Below the pieces are notes generated by a model. The model was not told the DNA's origin. It saw only the letters and a list, made by a program, of their open reading frames with translations, and searched no databases. 64,000 nt of DNA from Amoeboaphelidium protococcarum X5 (lineage: Eukaryota; Fungi; Aphelidiomycota). The stretch lies in assembly GCA_023515725.1 (NCBI GenBank), contig JALDTO010000098.1, positions 1,018,164 to 1,082,163 on the forward strand, read 5' to 3'. Shown here piece by piece: positions 40,171 through 53,363 of the stretch (its first letter is position 1; every line of letters starts with the position of its first letter). A program made the translations under genes and the position numbers.

Positions 40171-41640
40171 ATGTCTGGCAAAATGGGACTATTTGACCTC
40201 CCGCTGGAATTACTAAACTCCATTATGGGCCATTTGGATATGAAGGACTTGGCGCGTCTGCAGATGGTCAACACCAGCGCGTATCATTACATTATGATGA
40301 ACCGCCAATTTACGATGTACAACACGTCTAAATTCTTCACTTTGTATTATAAGCATCGTCTATTTGCAATGTTCTTGTTCCCTTTTGTTCATCCTCGATT
40401 CTAGCTGATGGCTGTAGATGATAATTCCTAAGGCGAAGATGATGACCAGACTATGATAGTCCTGGATCAGTCGGACGAGAAGCTGCCTAATGATTGTACA
40501 ACTGGTAACACCGCACTACACATTGCTGCATCCAATGGTCAATTGAATGTCATCGATAAGATGCTTGAGATGGAGCGGGATGGTATGTATGATATCTTTG
40601 ATTTTCCTGACACCGCTTATAATCAAGATGCGCTCAAGTATCTGAAATTAACGGATCATAATCGCGATTGTGCTTTGACTGATTTACTAAATGACGAGCC
40701 AAATACCCCCTTGCATTACATTAGTATTTTACCAAATGATGAAGATAGTGCATAGTCTGTTCTAAATGCTGCAGTGTTCTTGATCAGATCTGGAGCTGAT
40801 CTGTGGAAAAAAGGTCGAGCTGGTAACACTTGTCTGGCAGAAGCTGCCTAGCACGGCCAACTTGAGATGGTCAAGCTGTTCATTGATGCGTTTAAAGCAC
40901 TTTATAACGGCCATGATGACCTGACACTTTACATCAACGAGTACAATGATTATCACGAGAATGCAGTGATTATGGCTGCAAGATCGAGCCCCGAGGTCTT
41001 GGAGTTGCTTCTCCAGAATGGAGGAGATCCCAACAGTATGCGTCGCGGTTATCCTATCCTTTCTATCGCCGCATCAAGATTCTGTCTTGATCGTCGTGAT
41101 CCTCTTAATATTGCCCTCTATCATCGTTAAATAACCATGCGTTGGTCCATTCCCGTTCCTCATCTGAATCTTTATGACTTTGTACCAGAGAATATCCCCG
41201 TCAATCGCTTTATTCTGGTGATGAAATTACTGCTTCAATATGGTGCAGACGCATCCTTGGCTGAAAATTCCACAGGAATGAAGCCAATGCATATTGCCTC
41301 AATGTGGGGAGTCACTGAGGCTATTGAAATTCTCTTGAAGAGTGGCAACATCAACCCAAATGAAGAGCTTAATGAATTGAACGGCTGGCTCCCTGTCCAT
41401 TACGTTTGTCGCTTGGGTCATATCGACTCTCTCCAGTCTCTAATTTTGAACGGCGCACATGCCTGGGATGGAGATAGCATTTAAAATCAAGGCAATGAGA
41501 ATCCACAGGTCTCTTCCCTCGCCCGCGTGAATGTCCCTGCACCATTGGATATTTTGTACATTGATGCAATCAAGGCTAATATCCGCGACTTGATCTCCCA
41601 TCGTCGATCGTCTTCCTCATCTCGCCGTCTATCTCAATGA
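40171..41640 (+). CDS. F-box plus ankyrin-repeat protein
   Basis: LFDLPLELLNSIMGHLDMKDLARLQMVN (F-box); GNTALHIAASNG, GNTCLAEAA, GMKPMHIASMWG, GWLPVHYVCRLGH; 490 codons. Confidence 0.85.
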
Positions 41641-41934
41641 TTTCTCTCATAATCAGTCACATTTAGTCATGAAAGTTTTGATAAAGTATTACATGTGTTT
41701 TATATCTTCAGCTGAGATTCCCTGCATTCTCTCACTTCACTTTGTAATCTTTGCGCGCGGACACAGTAGATGTCACTCGCGTCTCTAAAATGTGAAACCA
41801 AACACTTTGTGAAACACAAGCTGAAACAGGAAATTCAGAGATTACGTTTCAGTATATCAACATAGTACGATGCGATTTCTATGTATCATTTCGATTTATT
41901 ACCTTTTAATTGATATTTTCACAGAAGAGGGAAA

Positions 41935-43035
41935 ATGAGCTCTACCAATAGGAAAAGAAAAGCAGATGCTACTGGAATGGACACTGGTGTTGGTACGGTA
42001 GGAGCATCGTAAAGACTGGCCTATCATTCTGATAGACACTTGGTAACGCCAACTGCTGATAAATGGTTCGCTTCGCTGGAGCCTCCAATGAAATCCTATG
42101 ATACTCGTTAATTTGGCCAGTGTATGTCGTTGCTTCCCACCTCATAGATACCAACTCCTCCGTCAAAGTTACGTAACTCTGGTAAGGTTTAACTCATGCA
42201 CACTCCTGCAAAGTCAGATTTGGGTGATAAGACTGGCGTTATGCCTGAATACGCCTCAGGAACTGCTGAATTTGTTATGAGATAATATGCTTACACTAAT
42301 GATAGGCCACCATTCTCTTACGCTGGAATGGTTGCTCAAGCTATAATACTAAGCCAAGACTGCAAGCTCACGCTCAAAGATATCTACGCATGGATCAACA
42401 CAACGTATCCGCATTATCAATTCAATGAAGGCAACTGGCAGGTAAGTATTGTTCATTGCTTAAAGTAACTCAGTGCCAAGTTTACGGCAAAGTGTGTGTA
42501 GAACTCAGTAAGACATAATCTTTCATTAAATCCTTCATTTATCCGCGTTCCCAAGGAGAGCGGTAAAGGAGCGTTTTGGACTCTGTCTGAAGATAAGATT
42601 GACGTTTGGCTTCATAAGAATGTCGTATCCTCCAGGATGGTCCAAGACTTTCTGCAACGCGTCAAGGAACGGCCAGTGTTAATATTCCATCCTGTAACAA
42701 AGCATTGTCCAGCGGTAACTCTGGCCGACTAAGACACATACGATGTGCTTGAAGATCTATAAAAAATTGAGTCGATCGAACAGCAGTATTATCATCATCA
42801 TGAAAATGCGTCTCCTATTATCAACCAGCCTCAATTTGGATCCATCAACAATGTAGTATTTCAGAATGACCTGGACGACTTCCTTAATGACTTCAATGCT
42901 ACCGACATGCTCAAAGGCTTCTAGTTCGTTTAAAGCTCGCCCAAGTTGGGCGATACCTCATTCAATTCACTCCTCGATTTTGACTCATTTATTAATGATG
43001 AAAGCAATTTTGACATGCAGAATATCTAGCAATGA
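41935..43035 (+). CDS. Forkhead transcription factor A
   Basis: RPPFSYAGMVAQAI...LTLKDIYAWI...WQ|NSVRHNLSLNPSFIRVPK...GKGAFW; intron 42442-42501. Confidence 0.92.
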
Positions 43036-43077
43036 TGATGAATGACCGCGCAATATTGCAATAATTTAAACATGATA

Positions 43078-44577
43078 TCATTCTACAACATTTTCATATT
43101 TAAGAATCAAAGGACTGGTATCTTCAACATCAGAAACATCTTCAGCATGATTATTAACTAGATCAGCTTCAACTTAACCACGGCCCTGCAGACTAATCGG
43201 CATGGTAAATGCAACAATAGAGCCCAATGCAAAGCAAGACGCATAAGTTACAAGAAGCCATGTGATCTATATCTGACGATCTAGAAAATATCCACCGAGA
43301 GGCCCAGCAAGACTACCCGCAATTGTGGATCCGATTGAGCAAAGACTAAATGACAAACTTCGGACTTGAACAGGGAAACTCTATGGCGTCAGAATATACA
43401 ACGAGCACCACGCACCGACAACGAAAAAGTAAATGAAGCAATTGGCCACAATGACACCAACACTTGAAGTCACGAATCCAAATCCGACAATAGATGCTGC
43501 ACAGCAAATTAGGGAGAACATCAGGGACCTCTAAAGTCCAAATTTTGTTATAAACACGACAATCAGCGCGAGACCAGGTAATTCTGCTGCAGAGATTAAC
43601 ATGAGACTATCATACAATCGCTGAGAAGCTATCCCTCGCTATTCAAAATACTTGCTCAGCCAAATAGTTACACCATAGTATCCAAAAGTGATCGCGAACC
43701 AAATCACAATAAATCGAGCTAACATCAAAAAACTTTGAATCGAATATTACTTCCAAAAATATACGGTATACCTGCTGGAGGCCTATTCATCTGATTCACT
43801 TTGAGATTAATGAATGAGCTCGTATGGTTCAAGCGACGTTCTATTAAATCGAGCCATCTTCTGCAATACACTTAGGCATTCACTGTTCCGACCTTTGGCA
43901 GCGAGAAATGCCGGACTTTCCGATTTCCATGCCATCCGAAGCAATGCTATGAGAATGCTTATGCTCGAGACAACAATTATATAAACTCGCCACCCACCCG
44001 ACTCTATTACCAAATAGCCCAGTGCTCCCGTAAGAAAGACACCCAACACACCAAACGCGGTGATTACCGCTTGAGTCTGATGAGATCGTAAACTTTGTGG
44101 GCAAAACTCCATAAACATTACGAATGGGATACTTAGACTTCCACCTTGAGCAATTCCGCAAATAAACCGAAATATAAGCAAGACGCCAAATGAAGGACTT
44201 ATGGCCGAGATGAGACCGATTAACCCAGATATCAATGGCGCATACATGAACACGATTCTCCTCCCATACAAATCACTAATTAATCCCCAAAGGAATGACC
44301 CGAGTAGTGATCCAACGAATAGTACAGTTTAGTAGAGCCCAAGAGTACTTTATAAATTCAAACGCTCCGATTGACAATCCTCGTAATCCTCTGCAATAAA
44401 CCCAATAGGAAATTTACACGATTAAAGCTGTTTGCTCAGTTATGGCAATAACACGGTCGCACTCAGCAACTCCATCGTGCCCACCGTGTATCCAATTCCA
44501 CATAGAAATAGTAGGATTATTTACGAATAGCCAAAGCCAATCTCAGAAATCACCTGCTCCACTCGTAAATTTCTCAT
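43078..44577 (-). CDS. MFS transporter, SVOP/organic-cation-like
   Basis: IGFGYSQ..LCG, GLISDLYGRRI, FRFICGIAQGG, MEFCP, ESPAFL, ESFPVQVRS; 500 codons. Confidence 0.88.
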
Positions 44578-44590
44578 TACAATTATCTCT

Positions 44591-44615
44591 TTAATTAATT
44601 AATTAATTAATTAAT
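44591..44615. repeat. (TTAA)n microsatellite
   Basis: ttaattaattaattaattaattaat directly upstream of the MFS ATG. Confidence 0.8.
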
Positions 44616-44769
44616 CGATGTGACGCAAGATCAGTATGCAAACAAAAGTTGGTAAGGGGTAATCATCCACTGGAGCCAAGTATAAAGATCAATAAAATAA
44701 AATCATATAAAAACAAATAGATTTATTTAGTACAGATAAACATCATTCACAGATTTGGCCTTAGTAATA

Positions 44770-45825
44770 TCACGCTTTATTGTCTGGATTGCATGCGGTA
44801 TTCCCAGAGACCTGATGCAACTGACTCTCCATTAGTTAAGTGTCATTCAACAGGATGGAACTCTAAAATATCGAATTTTGGTTGTGATATTACTACTACT
44901 GCTACTGCTGCGGATGTTATTATTACTATTACGCAAATCCATTACAGAATATAGTCATATACGGAGGAATGGTGCGAGTACTGAAAGTTGGCATTGAAAA
45001 TTGCTAACGTCCACCAGTATGATACGGATTCTGTTATATCTCCTGCCCATATCCATCATCAAAGCTATCGTCCCCAAAATCAGAATCCACAGCAACTTCG
45101 TAATCCTCACCGAAGCAGTGACCAATGACTTGACAATTCTGTGGAGCATCATATTATTACAGGGGCATCGGATTCAACTTCTAAGGCTGCTACTGATACT
45201 AATATTATGACACAGCTTGCTTATGCCTCATCATCGGCAGTCCAACTTCTTAGTATTGATAAGCAGGCATTGAGCTATTGACAATATTCTACTAGTTTTG
45301 AAGCTACAACTAACTAGAAGACAACGACTTGCTACTAGTACTGCCCATTGATGATCGACTATTATGAATCTTGTGATATCTCTTCTTACTATCCTGAGCC
45401 GCTGCCCTGACAGCATCATACTCTTCATTGATGAATAAGTCTAAATACTTGGGAGAGATGGTCCAGAATACACCTTTACCAGATGGATCAGTATCGCGAA
45501 TATCCTTCTAAAAACAGTCTTGCACAGTTAGATTATGTCGTATGGAGTTCTACAAATATATTCAAGAGAATTATTATAAAATGAAGTGAATGTATAGTAG
45601 ATTCAACCGATAGAGTGAGCATACACATACCTGCCAACTTGCATCGCCTTTCTTGAAATATGGAAATCTCTCATATATCCACTGATAAATGGTGGCTAAT
45701 CTAGCTCTACGCTCTGGCTACTCCAGAATAGCTTTGCCAATAAGAGTGGCGTACGACTGCGAAGGCTTTCCCTTGAAAAAATCCATATCGCTGTGCCGTC
45801 TATACTCAGTCTAGATTTTGGTCAT
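44770..45825 (-). CDS. Forkhead transcription factor B
   Basis: KPSQSYATLIGKAI...LATIYQWIYERFPYF...WQ|NSIRHNLT...GKGVFW; intron 45550-45630; Q-rich tail. Confidence 0.9.
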
Positions 45826-46241
45826 TTCGCTAGGTCTAGATATCAAATATAATGCAGCGGCAGTTACCCAATTCACAAAAACAGAATATACAGAGATGCA
45901 AACTTGATTATAGGGAGCACCAGTGAGCACAATATAGACTGAAAGTCCGAAAGGGATGGTGGGAACGAGCGGAACGGATTGTCTGTCTGTGATTGAGGAG
46001 AGAAGAGAAACGGTTTCGCGCGCGCTCGAAGATTCTCTCATTGTTTGTTTTGACGCTTCCTCAAGTCAGGTGGTATGAACGACATGCGATAAATAACTTG
46101 TGCGTTAAAATCAGACATGTACAGTATTGCCTGTTGAGAAGAAAGATACAGTGTGCTATAAAAGCAAATTGGAATTTCAAATTTCAAAAAGTATTGTACT
46201 CAATCTAGCAATATTGGATGAGTGTATGTTATTTCATTTGA

Positions 46242-46793
46242 TCAATCAAGCAAGTCAAAGTCGTCTAATTTATCGTTGTACTTCATAATCTTGCGCTTGT
46301 ATGCAGATGTGTTGACCCAGGTGACAAAGTCTTCCATGTTACGGTCAACGAGGAATGCTGGATCTGTGACACAATGAGGACCGGCGCGTATGTGGCCCTG
46401 TTCAATCATACGCGTGGCATCGCGAATATTTTCAGCCATCTTGAGGCGGAGCATTACTACAGGTAGACGACGTCTGCAGAATGCGGACACTGATACCTTC
46501 TCACATAGACTCAGAGCGTGTTTTTGATTAATAACGCCAATGAAATATAATTTCTCCAGCAGCTATGTCTCCATATCACTTCGGAATGGATCTTTCGGAT
46601 CTAAGAGTGATATCTTATTCGCCATTTGCCTGATCTGACCGCATATGCGATTATACTTGGTGTAATCTTCTCGTGACTGGAGATGATAGCGTCTAATAAC
46701 CTCTGACTCTCTCAGAGTACTATCAGTCTTCCAATTTACAAAGTCGACCTTTTTCAATAACTTTTCCTCATGAAATTTCAATTTACGGACCAT
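46242..46793 (-). CDS. IMP3: U3 snoRNP protein IMP3
   Basis: [18 protein letters not shown]; [12 protein letters not shown]; [10 protein letters not shown]; DFDLL. Confidence 0.96.
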
Positions 46794-47002
46794 GTTGCTT
46801 GTGTTTGAGTGATTTTCCTTTCATGAAAAAAGAGCGACAATCCTTTGCTGTGGTACCGTAGTGCCTTGCTTCTCGTGTCGAATAGTTAGACAAAAAAAAT
46901 AACAATATATCAAATAGAAATAAAATAAAGTGTCATAAAATGCGGATCTATTATTAAGGGAAATCAACTATACCAAATCCTTCTTAAATTATTTTCTAAA
47001 TC

Positions 47003-47645
47003 TCAATTTGCGCAACAGCTAAACGCAGCAGCACAACCGAAGCCACAACCAGCCACACATGCGCCAACCAAACCAGTAGCAAAACCCACTCCCACTGAAG
47101 CCAGGAAAATTATGCTAAACACGATCAACGCCTTAGTAAACGCGGCACTGCCAAATATGATCCAAACAACATCACGTTTGAACAAACGAGAGGGTCTGAC
47201 CATGTCCATTTCACGAGTAGGAGCATCGAGTGGACTGTAATCGCTCTATGGATCACGACAAGTATTAGGATTAGGCAGCGGCTTCAATTACTGGCTAACC
47301 TTATGCTTCTAAAAGTAACCAGCCATATACTCAATCAATCCATCAGCAGAGTCGGCAAACTATTCCAGACCACGAATTTGAGGAGCATATCCCTTTTAAA
47401 GCATTTGCTATATTGTTCGATCATGCTGCCATCAATTGCTTGCTCAAGTTCTGCGACATACGGCTCTAATCTTCTAAATGCCACACTGCTTAAGGACTGG
47501 TAGCGAGCAGCGGCACGCATGAATTTAACCACTTCCATGGCTCCAGACTCCTCGCAGATATTTCTGTTAGCAGGGTTACCACAATACGTGTTAAATCAAA
47601 CGCTTGAAAAAGAGCGATAAATGCAACGATGACAACCAGAATCAT
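47003..47645 (-). pseudogene. Putative secreted preproprotein broken by two 1-nt frameshifts
   Basis: Signal-like MILVVIVAFIALFQA. Restoring one T at about 47595 and one at about 47410 yields a continuous 214-aa frame ending LFKR-DVVWIIF...CVAGCGFGCAAAFSCCAN. Span 643 nt = 3n+1. Confidence 0.5.
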
Positions 47646-48218
47646 TTTGTATGATATTTTAGCAGAGCTTTTAAATTTATAATAATATTCAAGAGGTGAG
47701 ATATTTGGAGACGACAAGGGAGATTGCGTGTTTTTCATTCAGGGGTTGTGCCTTTAGATTTTTGGTTTTTTGTTGACGTGACAAACTCGTTACATTTTGA
47801 TGTTCACGAGATGTGGATGAAAGTTTAAAGTTTTTGATTGTTGTAAACTTACATCCAGTGACTCTTAGATGTAATGTATTACTTATTTGGTACAATAGAT
47901 TGCGTTAACACCCCCCCTCATCGGCGTTCAATCCAACGTTGCGAATACTCTAAGATCTGGGTCGGTATCTCAGATGTTGCAACATAAACTTCAAAGCTTA
48001 TGTCCCTATCGATGAATCAACGTATTAAATGACCACTGATGATGACTCAAAAGAGACTTACATGTTGGAATAGGCCATATCCAAAAGAAGCTTCGTGTTC
48101 TAGGTGGCCATGGAGAAATGAGGAACACGGAATAATACTCCGGTGTATTCCGGCGCCAGTCATTCATCGTTTCTAAATTCATTCTCTTACATTATACCAA
48201 ATTGAACATCTTTATAAA

Positions 48219-48985
48219 ATGTCTTATTTTGATATTGATGAGATTATTGCCCAATAAGAGGTACGATTCAGTTTTGTTAAATTTGACTATATAAGTACTA
48301 CATTATGCATCAGTCGAATTGTAGAAACTGATTTGTAAAATTCAAGTGCCAGATTTGACCATTGCTGGTGTCAATTGCTTACAGCACACACGGACTGAAA
48401 TGCCGTTCTGGATTGCTTGTATCCTTGCTAGGTACGGTCTAGTCACTCTCGAAGAACTGCCCAGATGTTTAAAAGATAATGTTCTGTAAGATTTGGACTC
48501 TGTACCCGAGATTCTGAATCTGCGTGAGTTGTCTACATACTTTTACCGCTTCTCTATCACCATACTTGAAACGTAGGAGTTCCCTGACTGAAATAAGAAA
48601 AACAGTTTATCGTATTAGAAGATGTTTTGCATCATGACTCAATAAGTGTAGAATTGAAACATCTCCTCAGCTGAAACGCGTCCTGGTGTAAAGCTTCCAA
48701 AAGCGTATTGCCCACATACTTCAACGTGCCTATGCATCCAGGTGCAATGAGAAGATGGCCGGTGTCCTACATGAATACGTGGATAGTCTCGAGGAAATGG
48801 AGAAACAGAGTAAGTATATATAAAAGTATATCTAGACCTAAGCCTATAATGTATCAAGTGTCCATATTTATCAAAGTGTAGTGTATCTGTGTGCGATTTA
48901 ATCCTTCAAACAGGCAGACCAGTGGTGGAACAGAGACGGCGACAATGGGAAAGTGAAGAGAAACGATCAACTGATAAAGATGTGA
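48219..48985 (+). CDS. PSF3: GINS complex subunit Psf3
   Basis: MSYFDIDEIIAQQE|KLIC, EMPFWIA, LNLRELSTYFYRF, LVQSFQKR, LEEMEKQ; introns 48261-48324, 48573-48651, 48810-48881. Confidence 0.85.
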
Positions 48986-49048
48986 TAAAATAGTTTCATG
49001 TATAAGTTTGAAACAAAAAATATCGTCCACTCATTATTTATAATATAC

Positions 49049-50290
49049 TCACATTTTTAATACAGAATAGTCAAATGAATCTCCAGCCTTGGAAGCAATA
49101 TTAAGAAAGAGTCTGGTGCGCTTTTACAAATTACGTTCCGATGCCAACTCATACAGTGTGACCAAGTTGAAGAGCACAGACTCATTAACAATACTAGCTG
49201 ATACAGACTCCAATAGTGAAATAGATTCCTGCAACTTGCCATTGTACAGCATACAGATACATAGATTGTTAATAGCCACCATATTCTCTGGAGACGCGCT
49301 CATTAGAGTAGTGAGAATAGTCTGTGCACTGTTCCAATCTCCTTCAGCCATAGCCAGCAACGATCGATTGATCATGAGTATGTCGTGGCTATTCACATCT
49401 CCAAGCTGCTGTGAATGATCCTGAGATTTAATTAAGACTTCAATCTGATTGAACACCTTCCTCGCCTGCAGTATATTACCCATGAACAGGAGAGATTTGG
49501 CAGACATTGAGAGCGCACTGAGATCACTGCTGAAGTCTTTTAGAATCTAATTTACTATCAAGTTGGCATTGTAGTAATCATTGATCGCGATAAAACTGTG
49601 TATGAGATACTAATCAACTTAGAGCAGGTCAGACTTGGTCAGTAATACAGACTGCCGCTGCTACTATTATTGATCATATTGCTCACTCAGAGCATCAGAA
49701 GAACCATTTAAGCTCTTCAACTGCAATAGACGCACGATAGCTTCAGGGTGATTACCCAGCAGTGCCGGTAAATGAGCATTGTACAGGCGCAATGTGAACG
49801 AGATATTAGGATACTCTATCAATTATTACAATTCTTCAAGCGCATCTTAATAACACGTGAGCTTCACAAGCGCATGTATTCTCCACTTCCAACACTCCAT
49901 TACATCATATTGATCAGCGTTACTTTAAGTCAATAACTACTACTTGGCTAAATTAGCCATCTACTAATAAGCTTGCATATCGTCTAGCTTTATAAAGTCG
50001 CGCATGTTTTGCACCTAATTATCAGTAACTTTCTACTTCTCACGCAGTTACTCCTTCATATCGATATTATATTTCTAAGCAATCGATTACATCTGAGCAA
50101 GTGGTTAATTCAAGTCGGCATTAGAAAACTTCCATGCATGCGTATCTTGAGCACCAACTTGCAATTTACTGACCTGGGAAGTTATACTCTGAGGACTTAA
50201 TTCCACCGACACCTCATTCGAATTACTTATCAGTGTAGGAGCAGATACATTCTGCAGAATATTACTATTAATTATCTCTTATTTATCCAT
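49049..50290 (-). CDS. TRAPPC12/TTC15-like TPR protein
   Basis: AINNLCICMLYNGKLQESISLLES and ESVLFNLVTLYELAS match the TRAPPC12 C-terminus; 414-codon frame. Confidence 0.75.
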
Positions 50291-50435
50291 CCTTTACGTT
50301 ATATTAGGCGTTACTTGACGAATAAGAGAAAGCACAGAAGTGCCTTTCAAGCTGGAAATGACCAAAAGAATTGCGCGCAAGATGAGCGTAAATTATAACA
50401 ATTTGTAAGATGTTACCAAGAGCTAAATAAATATA

Positions 50436-50440
<5 letters not shown>

Positions 50441-50465
<25 letters not shown>
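50441..50465. repeat. (TAA)n microsatellite
   Basis: About 8 TAA units between the CSL stop and the TRAPPC12-like start. Confidence 0.8.
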
Positions 50466-50466
<1 letters not shown>

Positions 50467-50524
50467 TATGGTACAATAATATGTTCATAAGTCTTTTGTA
50501 CGCGTTACGCCATACAACATTAAA

Positions 50525-53269
50525 TCAATGGTAACCAGTATAATAAAACTGAGACAATTGTTGATCCTTCACCATTACTTGATGCTGCGCGGTGGAGATC
50601 TTGTACATGAGACGATGATTAGTAGGATAGAGAGTGCAGTCAATTTTCCTAACAAGCAGCAGCGGTAGGCTAAATGACGTGTTGGAGTCCAGTTCATTCA
50701 TTTGAATCGAGGCAAGTTATGATGGGAATCCTCTAGGAGTTTTATCAGACACATTACCACGAAGCATCGACTGAGGATCAATTGATGTCACAGCATTGGC
50801 ATTGTCACCCCTTTGACCAGCTTGCATAATTAGAGATTATAAATGAAGATTAGGTACATTTTAAGCCAGATTCTCTAGCCATTAGCCACGGTGAACACAG
50901 TCAGAGATAGTCGGTACAACTACAATCAAGCGAAGCTTAACTTCTAACGCAGGCTATTGTAACGCAATACTATTATCAGCCAGCAGAGACACTAATGGAA
51001 CGACAGTCAAATTATCAGTAGTGACAGAGTACTCAGCATGTAAAGTATTGCATTGAACATTGCCCAGGTATAACGCAAAATCACACAACCCAAGAGCTTC
51101 CTTGACGCTCATATTACGACGCTTAGATATCTCATACAGTAAAAGGGCGAAGCTATACGCATCAAATTTAATATCAAATACAGCTATTGTCCTTCCACCA
51201 CGAACACCACTAGCAACTTGATTAAGCGACGTGAATTCCATAAACTGCATATCATAACCTTAAATCTATGCCACAGGACTGAAAGGAAGCTACATAGCCG
51301 AGGATGATAACTACTGATACCAGCTATACTGAACCTGTTTAACATTAACTATAGTCCAAGTAGAGATTTCTGTAATTGCATTGCCTTTAGAGTAAACCGC
51401 GGTGGCCTCGCCACTATCGATATTGATAGAAAGGTAATAGCCGGGTCTATCTGCAAACTCAAAAGACAAATGTTGCAATTGAGTCAGAGGAGCAGGTACA
51501 GCTGTGTCTACATCGGTGCTACCATGAGTTTATGCTGCAGCTCTGCCTGATTTACTTACATCAGCTGTTCGCACTATCAACCGAGGTGATCTGAAATCAG
51601 GATTAGTGCTGCAGATACGAACAATCTAACCATCATAGATGACTCGTTCTTTATTATCCTCAAATGAATGAGAACCACTTATCTGAAGCTAGAAGGGATG
51701 CCAAGCAACATTCTTACCAACCAATACTCGTCGCCCTTCTGTGGCATTGAACTCTAACGCTAGACAACGCGTAGAAATGTTCTGGTTCTTAACGCGATTA
51801 AACAGCGCAATCGCAGAACCAGCAACGATAATGTCCGGTCCAAATGCCGCCTGGCTTGTGAGAGGAGACAACGGTTTCTTTGCCAATTTGGTTGAACTGA
51901 ATTTTCTCTTGGACGGCTTAGAGATAAGACTCATTGGCTGCGATTGGAAAGTCCCCATGTGACCTTATTTCTAATCTGATAATCTAAAATTGAGAACAAA
52001 ATCCTTCTTTTGCTATTTTGCCACTAGTTATGGACCCAAAATCTGACCAACATGCTTTCTAACGTCCTACTCTTCCTAATTTATGCCCATATTGAGTTGA
52101 CTGACATCGTTCATGTGCATATTCCGAAAGACTGCCAGTACGCTTGGCTCATCAGGTATCTACAGATCCATCTGATGAAGTAAAAGAGATGGCGATCCTC
52201 CACAACTGTCGGCATGTAACTGGCCGGTGTGATGCGGAGAAGTTGTCACTCTGGGAACCTCTTTAGCACCTTACTCCTCTCCAGCTGCTTTAGATCCGCC
52301 ATTATCAGCATTATCATTCACGCTACGTAAAAGTTATGAGGACATGCTGATCATTGGAGGTGGACAAAAGAAGCGCTTCTCAGTTCCATAAGACTTTTAA
52401 GCTATACAAGGGGTCATCACGATAACTTTGCATGTCTTGCGATGCCCCATATCAAGGCAGTAATCATCAACCACTTTCTACTAATCAGAATGCCAGAGCT
52501 TAACGCCAGATTCTTCCAATCTACAAATCACAGCGCGCGATTTTAAAAGAAACTCGTGCAATTCATGGTTAATTGAATTTTGGGTGGAAGAAGCAATAGC
52601 ATCCCTAATAGAAACTTGAACTTGAGCACCTAAATTAGGATCCAACACGAGAGCAGACTGATCATTGGACGGTGCTCTCTCCAATTCTTAAACACTTTTA
52701 CCACGAAGGTCCGATTTTGCAGCATTGATGGGGTCACAATTCGAGTTCAGTGCCAGACGAGAACCAGCAGCAGATTCAACAGTGCTGGTGGATTCGTAGC
52801 ATTACGGAGATCTAGAGGATAGAGACCGATTCTGACTATCGCTATACAGATTCACAGCAGCATTAGAGGGCGTGACACCCGTGGCAACTCTTTTATTGCT
52901 GTTATACAAAATCGCCAGATCATCGTTGGAACTTTGAATCAAGCGATGAGGTCTCTTGTTGATGAGCGAAGAACTCTCGTTAGCCCCACTTCTATCCTAG
53001 ACGTTCAAAACTGGCGCAGAGATGGATTGTGGAATCGACGGTATAAATTGATCATGTACAGAAGCTTCCTGCCCCTGTCCAATGCTATTACCACCATAAT
53101 AAGGGAACTCCCCCGTAAACCATGTACTTGAGTCGTTGGATGGATATGCGGCGTCAAAACTGTCCGGGCCTAATATCCCTTCACTCTGGTCAAACAGCTT
53201 CTATTGTTCCAGAATATTCTTCAAAATATCATTGATGTCTGTATTATAAGGATCATTATTATTTGTCAT
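50525..53269 (-). CDS. CSL-family (RBP-J/Su(H)/LAG-1, fungal Cbf11/12) transcription factor
   Basis: 915-codon intronless frame. NTD IAQKSYGTEKRFFCPPP (Q=TAA 52397-52399); GTFQSQPMSLISKPSKRK; BTD IVAGSAIALFNRVKNQNISTRCL; CTD LPLLLVRKIDCTLYPT. Confidence 0.92.
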
Positions 53270-53363
53270 TGTCAGCATCTAATATATATATATATGATTG
53301 AATTATAATATACTATTGCAATAATTGTGTATGAGTCTACTGTACAATTGTATTTCAGATCAC

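Noticed and set aside
48586-48592. In-frame TGA in PSF3 suggesting selenocysteine or readthrough
   Set aside because: Lies inside a frame-restoring GT-AG intron (48573-48651).
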